Shown here piece by piece: positions 12,851-26,460 of a DNA stretch of 64,000 nucleotides (position 1 is its first letter; the number at the start of each line of letters is the position of its first letter). Position numbers and translations under genes: made by a program. Source of the stretch: Octopus sinensis (lineage: Eukaryota); NCBI RefSeq assembly GCF_006345805.1, contig NC_043005.1, positions 98,642,001 through 98,706,000 of the forward strand, read 5' to 3'. Under the pieces are notes generated by a model. That model ran no database searches. It was not told the origin of the DNA and saw only the letters and a list, made by a program, of their open reading frames with translations.

Positions 12851-13081
12851 TTATTTCTTTATTGCCCACAGGGGGCTAAACATAGAGGGGACAAACAAGG
12901 ATAAACAAAAAGATTAAGTTGAGTACATCGGCCCCAGTGCATAACTGGTACTTATTTAATCAACCCCAAAAGGATGAAAGGCAAAGTCGATCTCGGTGGA
13001 ATTTGAACTCAGAACGTGAAGGCAGACAAAATGCCACTAAGCATTTTGCCCGGCATGCTAACGATTCTGCTAGCTCGCCCA
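12851..13081 (-). mobile_element. tRNA-head SINE (family C)
   Basis: Reverse complement matches 60146-60352 and 63963-64000 (GGCGAGCTGGCAGAATC...GAGTTCAAATTCC...TTTCATCCTTT). A second partial copy lies at about 13110-13316. Confidence 0.75.
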
Positions 13082-13393
13082 GCTATAATGATAATAAAAA
13101 AACAAACTTTAAATTTCGGTACAAGGCCAGTAATTTCAGGAGAGTGGGCAAGTCGATTACTTTGACCCCAGCATTCAACTGGTACCTATTTTATCAACCT
13201 TGAAAGGATGAAAGGCAAAATTGATCTTTGTGGAATTTGAACTCAGAATAAAAAGATGGATGAAATGCCACTAAGCATTTTGCTTGGTATGTTAGTGATT
13301 CTGTCAGCTCACCACTTACGTTTTAATAATGATAATAATAATAATAATAACAATAATAATAATAATAATAGCAGTAAAAAATATTAATTTCTA

Positions 13394-13797
13394 TCATCAT
13401 CATCATCCTTTAACATCTGCTCTCCATGCTAGCATGGGTTGGACGTATTGACTGAGGACTGGCGAACCAGATGGCTGCACCAGACTCCAATCTGATCTGG
13501 CAGAGTTTCTACAGCTGGATGCTCTTCCTAATGCCAACCACTCTGAGAGTGTAGTGGGTGTTTTTATGTGCCATTAGCACGAGGGCCAGTCAAGCAGTAC
13601 TGGCAATGACCACGCTCAAATGGTGTTTTTTATATGCCACCTGCACAGGAGCCAGTCCAGCGGCACTGGCAACGACCTCGCTCGAATGTTTTTTCACTTG
13701 CCAGTAAGGCGACGCTGGTAATGATCATGCTTGATTGGTGCTTTTTACATGCCACTGGCATGGAAGCCGGTTAGCTGCTCTGGCAATGATCACACTT
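13394..13797 (-). mobile_element. RTE-tail repeat (family B) with several internal ~55-60-bp units
   Basis: (CAT)n start, GCATGGGTTGGACG, GCCAACCACTC, and repeated GTGCC...GGCAC units. Confidence 0.8.
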
Positions 13798-14635
13798 GAG
13801 GCATAAAGGTTGAAATATCTTAGATAAGGTGAAATAAGAATTTTTGATATTCATGTATTTCCAAAAGTTTCTTCTAGGAATTTGAATTAAGATTCAGATT
13901 GTAGCTGTTCTTACATAGATGTAACTATATTGATGCTGTCATTAAAAGACATGTTCAAGTTTTCTACATTGATTTTTCAATTCTATCTGATCAATAAAAT
14001 CATCTCAGTAAAAATTAAAAACTACTGAAAACTGTCTGAATACAAAATCCTGGACATATAAACAATAAAAAGCAATGGATAAGGATATAATAATGTCTGT
14101 GGAATTAAATAGTTCTTGGAATATATAAGCACGAATCTCAATGTAAAATCAAAGGGAAATTTCCGCTTATTTCCCACGTCTGCGAACTGAAAAAAATTTG
14201 TTTCTATAAAGTTCCATGAAATTGCAAATAAAAACATGTTCAGCTAGAACTGTATCCTTGATAATATAGGAAACCTTTTGTGGGAGGATGGTAAAGTATC
14301 AGTCTTTTTTTAAGGATAATGTTTTCTCATATAAGTCCTCTGACTTGAATTTTAGGGGACAGTATTGTTGATTAAATTGACAACAACACTCAGTTTCCTA
14401 TTTTGTCAATTGTGAATGGATCAAAGGCAAAAATCTATCTTGGTGGCATTTAAAATTGGAATGTAGTGGGATGTAACTAAATACTACAAGGCTTTTGTCT
14501 GAAGCTCTACTAATTCTGACATTGAAACAAGGAAAGAAATGCTATACAGTGAAATATAGTCAACTTATAAAAGAATACAGCTGATCTTTGTGGAATTTTA
14601 GCTCAGAATATAAGATTAGACTAGTGCTTTACTGT

Positions 14636-14958
14636 GAAGGCACGTGGCTTAGTGGTTAGGGTATTCAGTTTACGATTGTAAGGTCATGAGTTCAATTCCT
14701 GGTGATGCATTGTGTCCTTGAGCAAGACATTTTATTTCATGTTGCTCCAGTCCACTCTGCTAGTAAAAATGAGTAGTACCCGCATTTCAAAAGGGCCAGC
14801 CTTGTCACATTCTGTGTCCCGCTAAATTTTTCTGAGAATTACGTTAAGGGTACACATGTTTGTGGAGGGCTCAGCCAATTGCACATTAATGTCACAAGCT
14901 AGCTGTTCTGTTGACTGGATCAGCTGGAACCCTCGTCATCATAACTGACAGAGTGCCA
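14636..14958 (+). mobile_element. tRNA-head SINE (family D)
   Basis: A-box-like GTGGCTTAGTGG, B-box-like GAGTTCAATTCC, then TGTGTCCTTGAGCAAGAC. A related head occurs at about 31079 and 38665. Confidence 0.65.
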
Positions 14959-15070
14959 GTGCTTTATTGATTTGCTTCATTGCAACATAACAATATCATA
15001 AAAACAATGACGTGTCCATTCTCAATTTATTTTCTTTCAATTTCCCATTTGTTTTCTTTTATTTTACCAG

Positions 15071-15216
15071 CTTACAAAGTAACCAAGATCATCTCATTTT
15101 CTCCACTGTTGATGGTTATTTACAACGAATACCCTGGAAAGACAGGTCTCTTGAGTATGTTGACAAAATTAACATCCCTTCCATATCCATGTCTACAGAT
15201 CTCCAACATTGCCGAG
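15071..15216 (+). CDS. RIC1: RIC1 coding exon (approx. exon 5), LQSNQDHLIFSTVDGYLQRIPWKDRSLEYVDKINIPSISMSTDLQHCR
   Basis: Long pyrimidine tract plus ccag acceptor and GTGAGA donor, 146 nt, phase 2-1. Matches human [22 protein letters not shown]...INLCTVPFSVDLQSSR. Confidence 0.92.
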
Positions 15217-17336
15217 GTGAGATGGCTGCTAGGTCTAACGCAAACTGTGAGTGTCGAATATATTAACTGGTGCCATGTTACTCTTTCTCTCATTGCTAAT
15301 CTCTCACTTTTGTCACTGCTATTAAATTCAGTTTTATATCCAACTCTTTTACTGAAATTCTTTGAAATATTTTCTCTTCAAGTGAATTTTTTTAATTGAG
15401 TTATTACAGTACTATGCCCTGATCAGGCTAGTCATTTGGCCTTTACCCTTTCCATCGACATTATATTTAGATTGGCACATTACAGAATTATCGTCAGATT
15501 CATGCACATATGTTCTCTTATGTTCTTTTATCTATTTGTATAACTTGTTCAAACATGATCTGAAGTTTTTTTTATTTGTATCAAACCTATGTAGAGCTAT
15601 GCAATGAATGACTGGAAAAGGGCAATCAAGTATACGACCTCATATGCACTTGACTTCATAACTTAGAAGTAGTTTTGGACAAAGCTGGTGCAGTTATACG
15701 TGACGCTAAGATTGCTGAAATGATAAATGTGGTGTATTGCCTTAGGATATATTTATGCTTGCATTGTGACAATGTACTTATCTACCTCTGCTTTAGAGAT
15801 ACCATCCACTTCAAGTGTGTGTATGACTGTGACTTGGTATCACTTTGTGTATTCTACTGGTCTTATAGTTACTAAGTGATGTGTGTGTGTGTATGTATAT
15901 ATATCATGTTGGCATGGGTTTGACAGTTTAACAGGATCTGATGGATCCAAGGACTGCGTCATACCCCATGAAAGCTTTGGTATGGTTTATATGGTTCAAT
16001 GCCCTTCCTAATGCCAACCACTTTACAACATTTGCTGTGTGTGTTTTTTTTTCTTATTACCAGTATTCATAAGGTTGCCATGTTATCTGCAAGGTTACAA
16101 ACCCTGAGGGAAGCAACTTTATGTCAGGAGATGATGCATTTGAGTATAAGAAGGGCCTAGAACAGAAAATTTCTTTTTGCTGCAGAGGAGCCACTTGAGC
16201 TACTTGACAAGTTAGATTTTTAGAAGAGAGGTAAGGGTGCTTAGGTGGATCTGGAAAGAGATAAAAACAGTAGTGATGAGGTATCTTGCTGGACCCTTAA
16301 GGTACAAGGTGAGTTGAAACGAATGGGAACAGAAGAACCAAGAGTGTGGGTGGATGGAGATTGCAGGATTATATGAGGAAGTGAGAGAAAGGGAATAAGG
16401 GGAGTGGAGGGAGGTGACAACTGTAAAGATTGAGTAGAGTTGAAGGGTTAGTAAGAGATGGGGGGGGGAGTGAGCAGTGATGCATAAGTTAGGGAGGTAG
16501 GGGTGAGTAGAAAATGGCTGACAGTGTAGAAAAGAAAGGGAGGAGAGCAGCAGAATAGTAATGATGATGTAGTAGCCAGGGTAAAATGACATGTGGTTGG
16601 ATAGAATGCAGGAGTTGGGGTGGATGGAGAGGCTGGCATAGTTCATGGAGTGAGAGATGTATGGTGGTGGAGGAGGAGGCGAGGTAATATGGTGGTTCAG
16701 TGGGGGTGGGGTAGGGATGGCGGAGATCAGGGTGAAGTGGGGAGTGTGTGTGTGTGTGTACAGAGAACAGCATTAATGGATAACGGATGGATAACAAGTG
16801 AAATGGTTCTGAGTTGTATGAAATAAATGGTACCAAGGAAGATCTGTGGTTAGAGAGAGAGAGAGATGATAGGTAGTGGACACGAAACCAAACTGCATCT
16901 CATCTAGGTGTACTCTCATGAATCAATTGTGCTCTGACTCTCCCTGTAACCTTCATAACCTGTTCCAGTTGTTTGATTTCCCTAAAACTTCTTCCTTCTA
17001 AGGCATCTCCTTTGCTTTAGTAGCAGTTAATGATGGTACTACTACACCAGTCATTGGGTATGACTTTTCTTGTATAACTTAACTATCCAGATGGTAATCA
17101 TGTATCCTCTCTCTCTCTTTCTCACACACAGACAGTCATTTAGAGAAATGGTTGATGAAATTTCATCAAACAATTTCTCTGTCATTTGTGGCTTTATACA
17201 CTCCTTATCGTTTTCTCTTGTATTGTGTTATATTATATATATATATATTTTGTTGTATGATACATTAAGGAGCTTTTTTATGAGTACTACCAGATTACTT
17301 GAATCCATATATTGCAACTTAAATATACGTATGTGC

Positions 17337-17549
17337 ACATGGTGCCGAAAGGTGCTGGCTGTGGGTAAAAGAAAATACAGAGGGAATCAGTGAATCATGA
17401 TTTTATTCAACATATTCCCCTCTCAGATTCACACACTTATTTCAATGGTCCTTCAGTTTTTCTAAGCCCATAAAAAAAACTTGGAAGATTGGGCCTCCAA
17501 CCAGGCCTTTCACGATACCCTTAAAGCCAAGAACTTTTCAGCACCTCCT

Positions 17550-17550
<1 letters not shown>
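17337..17550. mobile_element. Probable mariner-type MITE
   Basis: Degenerate inverted ends (GGTGCCGAAAGGTGCTGGCT / AGCCAAGAACTTTTCAGCACC) next to TA-rich sequence. Confidence 0.45.
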
Positions 17551-17589
<39 letters not shown>

Positions 17590-18045
17590 TATATATATAT
17601 ATCATTGTTTAATGTCTACCTTCCATGCTAGCATGGGTGGGACAGTTTCACAAGGGGCAGCCGAGCCGAGGCCTGCACCAGACTTCTGTGGCTACTTTGG
17701 CAGGATTTTTACAGCTATATATATATGTATATATATATAGTGGGACTTTATAATAATGAACTTTATTTCTCTATTTCTTATTTACATTGTATTGTATACA
17801 AAGAAACATTGTCTGCTTCATGACAAGCCATCAAAAGCACAAATATTCAAATTGGGCTATCCACTAATGTACTAGCCTTATTCATGACTGCTTTATGAGC
17901 AACTGATCTATGCTATTCATTGCAGAAGGAAACCAGGTATGTCTTCTCCATGGATTGTCAATAAACTGTGAAACAGTGTGTCAGGAGACTCCTTCCCTTT
18001 TCTTTTAACCTCACACATTATTAATATGGAGGGAATGTATTTTAA

Positions 18046-18266
18046 CCCTTCTAGTGTTTAAACTGGCCATATCTAGCCAGAATATTATCCTTGTTTTATG
18101 TTCAAACTTATGAGATTCAGCCTCTCACACCTACCCTATAATGTCATTCTAAAGATAAATAATCACATCATCAAAATCTTGAAGCTATGAGACAAGGCAT
18201 AATTAATTCAAAACAATGTGAATAAATAAGCATTACATTTGACAAAGTAATTTAAACACTAAAGGG
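18046..18266 (+). mobile_element. piggyBac-type MITE
   Basis: TTAA on both sides, CCC...GGG termini with short TIRs. Homologous copies at 23704-24252 and about 33731-33954 (inverted). Confidence 0.7.
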
Positions 18267-19371
18267 TTAATTGTTATTAATCCACTGTGAGGTTTTACAA
18301 TATCAATTTCAAATTTTGCCACACAGCCACCAATTTCAGGGGAGGGGGTAAATCAAATACATCAACCCCCGGATTTCAACTGCTACTTATTTTATGAACC
18401 CTGAAAAGATGAAGGGCATTCCAGTATTGAAATACCTGATAGTTGCAACTCAATTTTGCATAATGCCATATGGCTTAATTGTTCTCTTAAAACTCGAGCA
18501 GCTTAGGTGTGGCTTTTCAGTCCTGCTTATCCTCTTTTGTACAGATGTGGCGATGAGAGGTACCTTTTGAAATAGGTGTTACAATGTTGTTTTACTCTTT
18601 TACTTGTTTCAGTCATTTGACTGTGGCCATGCTGGAGCATCACTTTTAGTCAAACAAATCAACCCCAGGACTTATTCTTTGTAAGCCTAGTACTTATTCT
18701 ATCGGTCTCTTTTGCCGAACCACTAAATTACGGGGACGTAAACGCACCAGCATCGGTTGTCAAGTGATGTTGGGAGGACACACACACACAGATTGAGTTG
18801 TTCAACTGAAAAAACCCTTCAAGGTGGTGTCCTGGCATGGTTGCAGTCTAATGACTGAAATAAGCAAAAGATAAAAGTAAAAAATACTGAAACATTGTCT
18901 GTGTTGAGGCAGCGTAATTTTTTCTGACTATACAAACTGATGTTATAAACGAAACTGATCAAAAATAGCAAATTGCTAACAACATTATATGATTGGATGT
19001 TGACCAAGTGATGTCTTATTAGATATTTATACATCTTTGCAGAATTCTATCTTATATGCACACATGCATACACACACATACACCTATGACATATTCATAC
19101 TGGTTATATGCCAGTGTGAGAAATCAATATGTACATATATATGGCTCATTATTCTGAAGAATTCCCTCTCTTCTCCAAAACTATTAGGCACCAATTGAAT
19201 TTATAATAATACTTTTCACTTCTCCAATGTAATAAATCATCTTTGTTATTATAATATAATCCTCTGATATTTTAGCATGAGTCACAATCACAACTGTCAC
19301 AATGTTATTCTAACATATTCTAACAACTCTAACCAATATTATTCTAACATAAATACTGCAATATTCCCCTT

Positions 19372-19580
19372 GGAAGATGGTGAGCTGGCAGAAATGTTAG
19401 CACAGCAGGCAAAATGCTTTAGCGGTATTTCATCTGTCTTTATGTTCTGAGTTCAAATTCTGCTGAGGTCGACTTTGCCTTTCATCCTTTTGGAGTCGAT
19501 AAATTAAGTACCAGTTGCATACTGGGGTTGATCTAATTAACCGGCCCCCTCCCCCAAAATTTCAGGCCTTGTGCCTTAAG
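19372..19580 (+). mobile_element. tRNA-head SINE (family C)
   Basis: GGTGAGCTGGCAGAAATG...GAGTTCAAATTC...GTCGACTTTGCCTTTCATCC, similar to 60146-60352. Confidence 0.75.
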
Positions 19581-19869
19581 ATTATTTAAAGAGTAGTGGA
19601 CTTAATAAATCATTTGGTTTAATGCAAGGCTCTTAGGTCTTTTAGTAAAGTCAACTCTGTTGCAAGCATTCAGAGCAGGTCTTTGGCCTAAGGGTAACTC
19701 CTTCCATCTCTCTCTCCCTTCCAATCATTACACAAAGGTCTCATGAGTGCTGCCCTTCCTCTGAAAGATATTAAAAGATTTACTGTGTGATTGATTAGGA
19801 AGAGAATCAGCCTAGGCAAAACAGAGTTTGGATTTATTCAGGATGGGGGACCACTGATGCTGTTTTACT

Positions 19870-20600
19870 AACTAGACAACTGTAAGAGAAATTATTTGCT
19901 AGGAGTAAAGTACTGTATCAAGCTTTTGTCAATCTGAAGAAGGCTTTTGATTGGCTACTTGGCTACTTTGAATGGATTGTGTGAGTTAGTGAGCTACGTA
20001 CAGACTGCTATCAGCAAAGGAAGAATTAATGAGTTAAGTGAGGAATTTTACATGCAGGTTAGTGTATAAGAGGGCTCAGTTCTCAGCTGTCTCCTGTATA
20101 TCATTGTTTTCTAGGCCATAATAGAAGTTTAACACTACTCTGTGGGGACACTTGTAAGCTGATGATCTAATTCTCATTAACGAATCAGTCAAAGGTTCAG
20201 AAAAGAAATTCCAAACTTTGAAGTGAAACTTAGAATCACGAGGCCTCAAAGTAAACCTGGCAAAGATTAAAGTTTTAGTAAGTGGAAAAAGAAGACAATT
20301 CTGTCATTGGGAAAGTAGCCATACATAGAATAGGTGGGAATTCCAAAAGGTGCACCTATTGTAGACTATAGGTGCATAAACGATGTGGGATAACAGAGTG
20401 GCTGATGGGAAAAGTAGACTTCATAGATTAACAGGATTAGCTAATTGTAAGAAAATGTACAGGATAAATCCTTTCAAATGCTTGCCAAATTCTGTAGAAG
20501 TCATTAATAACTTGTTTGCTTTGTAATCTAGTTTGCAGTGGATGTAGATGTTCTAAAAACAGTTGCCAGAGTAAGACTGGAATGGAAAAAGTTCAGAAAG
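19870..20600 (+). mobile_element. Degenerate RTE LINE RT fragment
   Basis: Collinear with 45290-46060 (AAGGCTTTTGA, AAGGGCTCAGTTCTCAG, GCTGATGATCT, GGCCTCAAAGTAAAC); many stops. Confidence 0.65.
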
Positions 20601-22891
20601 CTGTTAATTCCCGTATATCTAATACTTACTTCATCTAACCTGAAGCAATGAACGGCAAAATAAACCTACAAAGATTAGAACTCTGAATATAGAGTGATAA
20701 TTATACTTACTGAAAATCATTTTTGAGACGTTACTTTCTTGTCTGTGCACTGAGCAGCAAAGTCCTCACTATTGCGAACTCATCTCAGACCAGTTTCACA
20801 CTGAGCCAACCATCTTTACTGAATTTCTACTTATTTAGTCCACTGAGAGCAACATCACCAACAATAAAACAACATCAATTATAATAACAATAAAAGTTGC
20901 TAGCATAAAAATAATAAAAGATTACAGGTACACCTCTGTATGGGTGTATGTTATGGGAACATTGTGATGCTGAAAATTTTGCCATAACATAGAATTCTGT
21001 AATGTAAAACCAAGTTTTCCATTAATTTTCATGTTACATGGGAGTTAATGAACATGGAAGTCACCGGAAAAATGTTTCACAGTATAGAATTCCACAATAT
21101 GGCAATATTTTTGACTATGTAAGGTTTCTCATATGAGGTATGCTTGGACTTTTTATTTGGTGTGAACCTTTTTGTAAACAGTGTTTTGGTTGATCGAATG
21201 AATTTTTGTATATTACTGGAGTTTTGGTTTTATATTGAAACTAATTCCTAAAACATTTTAATCTGTAAACATTGTCAAAAGTACTTTTAAATGTACATAA
21301 TAGCAAACACATTTTACTGTTGACTTAAGATGATACTTTCATCTTATCACCAAATTACTTTTAGAACAAACTTCTAATTTTCTTATGTTTTGACAGACAT
21401 TCTCCAGAACAATACTCTGTGCAAATCCAAAATTATGGCACCTTAGTCATACTACCAACTTGAACTTCTAACTTGTTGCCTCTTGAGGTCTCTGAGTGAG
21501 ACTTGGAGTCAAATTGTACAAATACAATTTGTACATTTTGATAATAATAAACAATATAACTTACATTCTATATATGATCTTGTCCTTGCAACCTATATTC
21601 TGAAAACCTTTGGTGTTTTTTTTTTTAAAAACCTATAGGACTAAAACCTGTGTTGAACAATAACATTACATTGTCTGCCCTCAGTGACTATAATAATGAT
21701 AATGAGTGTAAATCTAAAGAATTGAGTTGTTTTTTTTGTTGCATTTATTGAGAAGATATTTAGTTTGTAATCTGCTAATGGTAGAAAATATATTTGGAAT
21801 ATAAAGAAAACCAAAAAAAATGATATGCAGGCAAATGAAAAAAAAATGATTGTCTATTGAAAAACTAAAAAGTGAAACCAAAATCAACTTGGTACTAATA
21901 TTGTAAAATAAGCCACTTATACTGGAGTTGCTTTTGTAGTTTTAGTCTGGTGGGGATTAAGCATGTAGCTTGAGTATCAACTGTGAACTTTGCTTTTATG
22001 GTCTGTTGTTATCTTATGATCTGTGTATAACTGTTTATCTCCGTCTCTTTTTCATGACCTCTTCTAAATTATCGCATTGAATTTACTCACTGCTTGTTGT
22101 TCATTCATTAGACTAGATTAGTTCATTCATTTATTCATTCACTACTTGTATTTTGCCATTTTGCATCAATTATTCCTTGATTCTTAAATAAAACAATTAT
22201 CTTAAATGTCACATGTTTTTTCCCCCCCGCACAAATATTTACACCTCTTTCATTTATTGTTTCTTCCCTTCAAATACTCTAATTATATCCTATTAGTTAT
22301 GGTTCTTTGTGTGCATTGTATACATCATGCCCTCTCTCTCTCTCTCTCTCACACAAACTGATCAATACTAAATATATATGTGCAAACAATTTGTGTTGGA
22401 AAAACACCAGCAAGGCCACAGATGGGGATCAAGTTTCCAATATTGTAAACAGACATCTGCATTTTAATTCAGAACTAGAAAGTTTCCTCAGTTTACACAG
22501 CATTATGCTTGTACAGTTTCACTTCAGCTCTGTTTTATTTCTTTTTCGTGCTTTTCTTTTTGCCTTCATGTCAATTTGTTGGTAGTGATGGAGACCAGAT
22601 ACAAAAGTAATACCTCTGTTAGTTTTAGTTTTTAATATTTTATTAAATATTTTTGAAGATTGAATTTGAGTTTTTTTAAATAGAAACCAAAACTTATAAT
22701 GTTAAATCCTCACCATTTAATGTCTGTTTTCCATGCTGGCATGGGTTGGTTGGTTTGATAGGAACTGGCTGGGCAGAAGACTACACCAGGCTTTACTGTC
22801 TATTTTGGCAGGGTTTTTACAGCTGGATGCCCTTCCTAACATCAACCAGCTTACAGAGTGGGTCATTATTTAAAAAAAAAGATGAACAAGC

Positions 22892-23057
22892 AGGCACAGG
22901 AGTGGCTGTGTGGTAAGTAGCTTGCTTACCAACCACATGGTTCCAGGTTCAGTCCCACTGCATGGTACCTTGGGCAAGTGTCTTCTGCTATAGCCTTGGG
23001 CCAACCAAAGCCTTATGAGTAGATTTGGTAGACGGAAACTGAAAGAAGCCTGTCATA

Positions 23058-23091
<34 letters not shown>

Positions 23092-23309
23092 ATGTATATG
23101 TTTGCATGTCTGTGTTTGTCCCCCCAACATCGCTTGACAACCGATGCTGGTGTGTTTACGTTCCCGTCACTTAACAGTTCGGCAAGGGAAACCGATAGAA
23201 TAAGTACTAGGCTTATAAAGAATAAGTCCTGGGATCGATTTGCTTGACTGAAGGCGGTGCTCCAGCATGGCTGCAGTCAAATGACTGAAACAAATAAAAG
23301 AATAAAAGA
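22892..23309 (+). mobile_element. tRNA-head SINE (family A) with internal (TA)n(TG)n
   Basis: GGAGTGGCTGTGTGGTAAG...GGTTCAGTCCC head and CAGTCAAATGACTGAAAC tail. About ten related copies in the window. Confidence 0.85.
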
Positions 23310-23703
23310 AAACACTATGAACCTAAAATTTACAGGTTTATTGTAATGACTGCTTATACTGAAGGAATCAAAAACTAACAGCAATGAGAAAATGACAGTC
23401 AATGAGCATAAATCTTGCATACAATGACTATGTAAAAAAATTACCATATGGTTTTTATTTAAGCTGGTTTCAGTCAGTGGACTGTGACCATATTAGTGCA
23501 ACTCCTTCAAAGGATTTTGTTGATAATATTAACCCTAGTTTCATGAATTTTACTTGTTGAACAAGTAAGTTATGGAAAGTACTAATACACTGTAAAGAAC
23601 ACTAGTTCTGACACTGATGTAGGCGTACACACTGGCATACTTATAGATATGTGCATATGATATCAATATTTTTTGATAGTCATTTCAATTAACAATTGCT
23701 TAA

Positions 23704-24252
23704 CCGTTCAGCATTTAAACTGGACGTATCTGGCCAAAAGATTCTACTTGTTTTATCTTTAAACTAGTGAGATCTGGCCTCTCATACTCACTCTATCATG
23801 TCTTGCAAACAACTTGCACATGCAAGTGCTACCAGTCAAAAACTCCGCATACCGGAAGCCAGCAAGTGTATGGGGTCATCAGGAGAGAATGCGCGCCGTT
23901 TCGGGGCTTACCTCTCGACGGCATCAATGTGCACAGCCCCCCCCCCCCTCACTGATATGAGGCCCCGCTTGGTAGATCAACTGGTTATCAAATAAAGCTC
24001 AATATTCTTCTAGCCATCACTCATCGTCTCTTTTTAACCAAATCCAGTGGCTAGCCTTCTCCACTGTAGATTGGATATCAGTCATGGTGGTATTGACTTT
24101 ACGATGAGTTAGGCCTAACGATAACAACAGTCGTCTCTAAAAGTAAACAATCACATCATCAAAATCTCTAAGTTATGAGATAATGCATGATCAATCCAAG
24201 ACAATGTGAATAAATAAGCATTACATTTGACAGTAATCTGAATGCCAAAGGG
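23704..24252 (+). mobile_element. piggyBac-type MITE carrying a ~325-bp GC-richer insertion (about 23808-24133)
   Basis: TTAA-flanked. The two halves match 18046-18266 and are separated by unrelated sequence. Confidence 0.7.
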
Positions 24253-25360
24253 TTAAATTATATTTGTGTGGGTGTGTGCTTTTTTTTTTTCTTTTAAGGA
24301 TAATTTCAGTAAAATCGTTTTTTTCCCTTCAATTTACATGATCTCAATTTAAATGTAGATAGATTAGTAAAAAAGAAGAGTTTATTAATTTGCAAATACT
24401 ATGTTACTCTTCTACTGGTTTCACCCATTGGACTGCAACCAAATTGACCCTGTATTTTTTTGTTTTTGAAGTTCATTTGTTTCACCTCAAATCAACCAGA
24501 TTCAATTATCTAGCAGTGTTGGGGCAAACACACACACACACAAACAGAATTTCAGTTCACCAGATTTACTCATGAGGCATTAGTTGTTCTGAGACTATAG
24601 AAGAAGCCACTTGCCTCAAGTGATGTGGTGTGGAACTGAACCCAAAACCATATGGTTGCAATGTGAACTTCTTAGCCACACAGCTATATGCTTAATGTTA
24701 TCAGCCAGTTATCATCTAAAAAATGTAAAAAAGCACTGGTGATGGTGCCATGTGAAAAGCATCCAGTCCACTCTGTAAAGTGGTTGGTGTTAGGAAGGGC
24801 ATCCAGCTGTAGAAAGCAAACCAAAACAGTATGGAACCTGGTGTAGCTCCTGGCCTTGCCAGTTCTTGTCAAATTGTTCAACCCATGCCAGCATGGGAAA
24901 CAGTTGTTAAATGCAGCTGATGATGATAAAGATATTGACATCATAAGAATTTTATAAACATTCAAGAGAATGAGAAATAATTCATTTTTGTAATGTGTGT
25001 GTGTGTGTGTGTGTTAGCTGAGCTGTTTGGAGAACTGCATTTAACTGTTAGAAGTAAACTTTTTTGTAAATAGATGAAATATCCTGCAGGCTGTAGAGTG
25101 AGGATCAGTGATTTAATATTTCAAAAATACACATTATGAATATGAACATCATATTTGTAATGTCAGATAGATTGATATATGTACCTTGTGTGTGTGAGAG
25201 AAATTGGATGACAGATGTGTGCACATGTGGTCTACAAGATTATTGGGTAATAGAGACACAGGCAGGTAACTAGATATTAATACGTATATTAATTATAAAA
25301 TGTAGTTGTGTAAAGTATTTTTTTCTGTATGTTTATAGCATTACACTTTTAATTTCACCT

Positions 25361-25635
25361 ATCATCATCATCATCGTTTAACATCCGTTTTCCATACTAG
25401 CATGGGTTGGACGGTTTTGACTGCGGGCTGGCAACCAGATGGCTGCACCAGGCTCCAGTCTTGATCTGGCAGAGTTTCTACTGCTGGATGCTCTTCCTGA
25501 CGCCAACCACTCCGAGAGTGTAGTGGGTGCTTTTTACGTGCCACCTGCACGGGGGCCAGTCAAGCGGTACTGGCAATGACCTCGCTCGAATCTTTTTACA
25601 CATGCCACCAACACAGGTGCTAGTGAAGCGATGTT
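25361..25635 (-). mobile_element. RTE-tail repeat (family B)
   Basis: (CAT)n-CGTTTAACATCCG...GCATGGGTTGGACGG. Confidence 0.8.
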
Positions 25636-26222
25636 GTATAAAAATCTTTTAAATTCTATTGTATATATAACTTAATTTTGTCTTCATATTTCAGATATTC
25701 AATTTTAAATTAAATTGGATTCATATGCCATTTATATTATTTTTCTTTCTCTTTTTTTCTATATGTTATGTCTTACTCATCTCAGATACATCATCCACAT
25801 CCTAAACACTCCAGAACCACCACTCCTTTTACATCTTCCCATTGAGTAAAACATTCTATAGAAATCTATGTATATGTAAACCTATTTAGTGTTTCTAGGA
25901 TGATTACTTTGTCTTAAATCACAAATTAATGAGAATATTGTAATTTCAGGTCCCTTTAAAGCTTTTCTTTAGGCCTAGTATACATGTTGCTTACACTCTT
26001 AATCTGCACCAAATAACTATGTTCACATGCATATTTACATGTGACATTCAGACACTTATGTGGATGTAATACTGATCTATCTGTTCTTTTGCTAGAATAC
26101 TAGCCTTCACCCTCTTAATTTCATTCCTTTAATTCCACATTGCTTCTTTCATATTCAACACTACCCAGTTACCCTTCTAATCTGATTCCATTACCTTAAT
26201 TATGATTTGTTTTCTGTTGCAG

Positions 26223-26335
26223 CTTCCCGTTCCACAGACCGAGACAGCTATGTGACACAGTTTGATTACAGCCCCTTTCTAAGAGGTTACAGCCTGGTGC
26301 TAAACACAGGGAAAGCAGCATTTGCTTTTGATAAT
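26223..26335 (+). CDS. RIC1: RIC1 coding exon (approx. exon 6), SRSTDRDSYVTQFDYSPFLRGYSLVLNTGKAAFAFDN
   Basis: tgttgcag acceptor and GTAAGT donor, 113 nt, phase 1-0. Resembles human [26 protein letters not shown]. The 3' boundary is less certain. Confidence 0.8.
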
Positions 26336-26460
26336 GTAAGTGAAGGCATGAATGAACTAAGAGACATGAACAGTAATTACAGAGGCAGGAGTGATATTTT
26401 TGTGTGATGGGTGGGTACTTCAGTATGAAAGTAGTTCTAAGTCAATGCTTAGATGTAAAA

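Noticed and set aside
16212-16836. Overlapping ORFs of 115-144 aa
   Set aside because: Purine-skewed low-complexity repeat with no domain signal.
17926-17936. Possible 11-nt micro-exon (ttgcag AAGGAAACCAG gtatgt)
   Set aside because: It is not frame-preserving, and the flanking exons 15216 and 26223 already join in frame.
18421-18558. GTGGCGATGAG identical to the Gypsy PBS-like motif, preceded by ...TACA
   Set aside because: Only 11 nt match and the upstream sequence does not resemble the LTR, so there is not enough support for an LTR remnant.
20790-20830. Minus-strand TTCA-GTAAAGA...GAAACTGGTC-TGAG hammerhead-like string
   Set aside because: Two non-compensated core changes and no convincing stem II.
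22892-22965. tRNA-like A/B boxes at SINE heads
   Set aside because: No complete cloverleaf. They are part of multi-copy SINEs, not tRNA genes.
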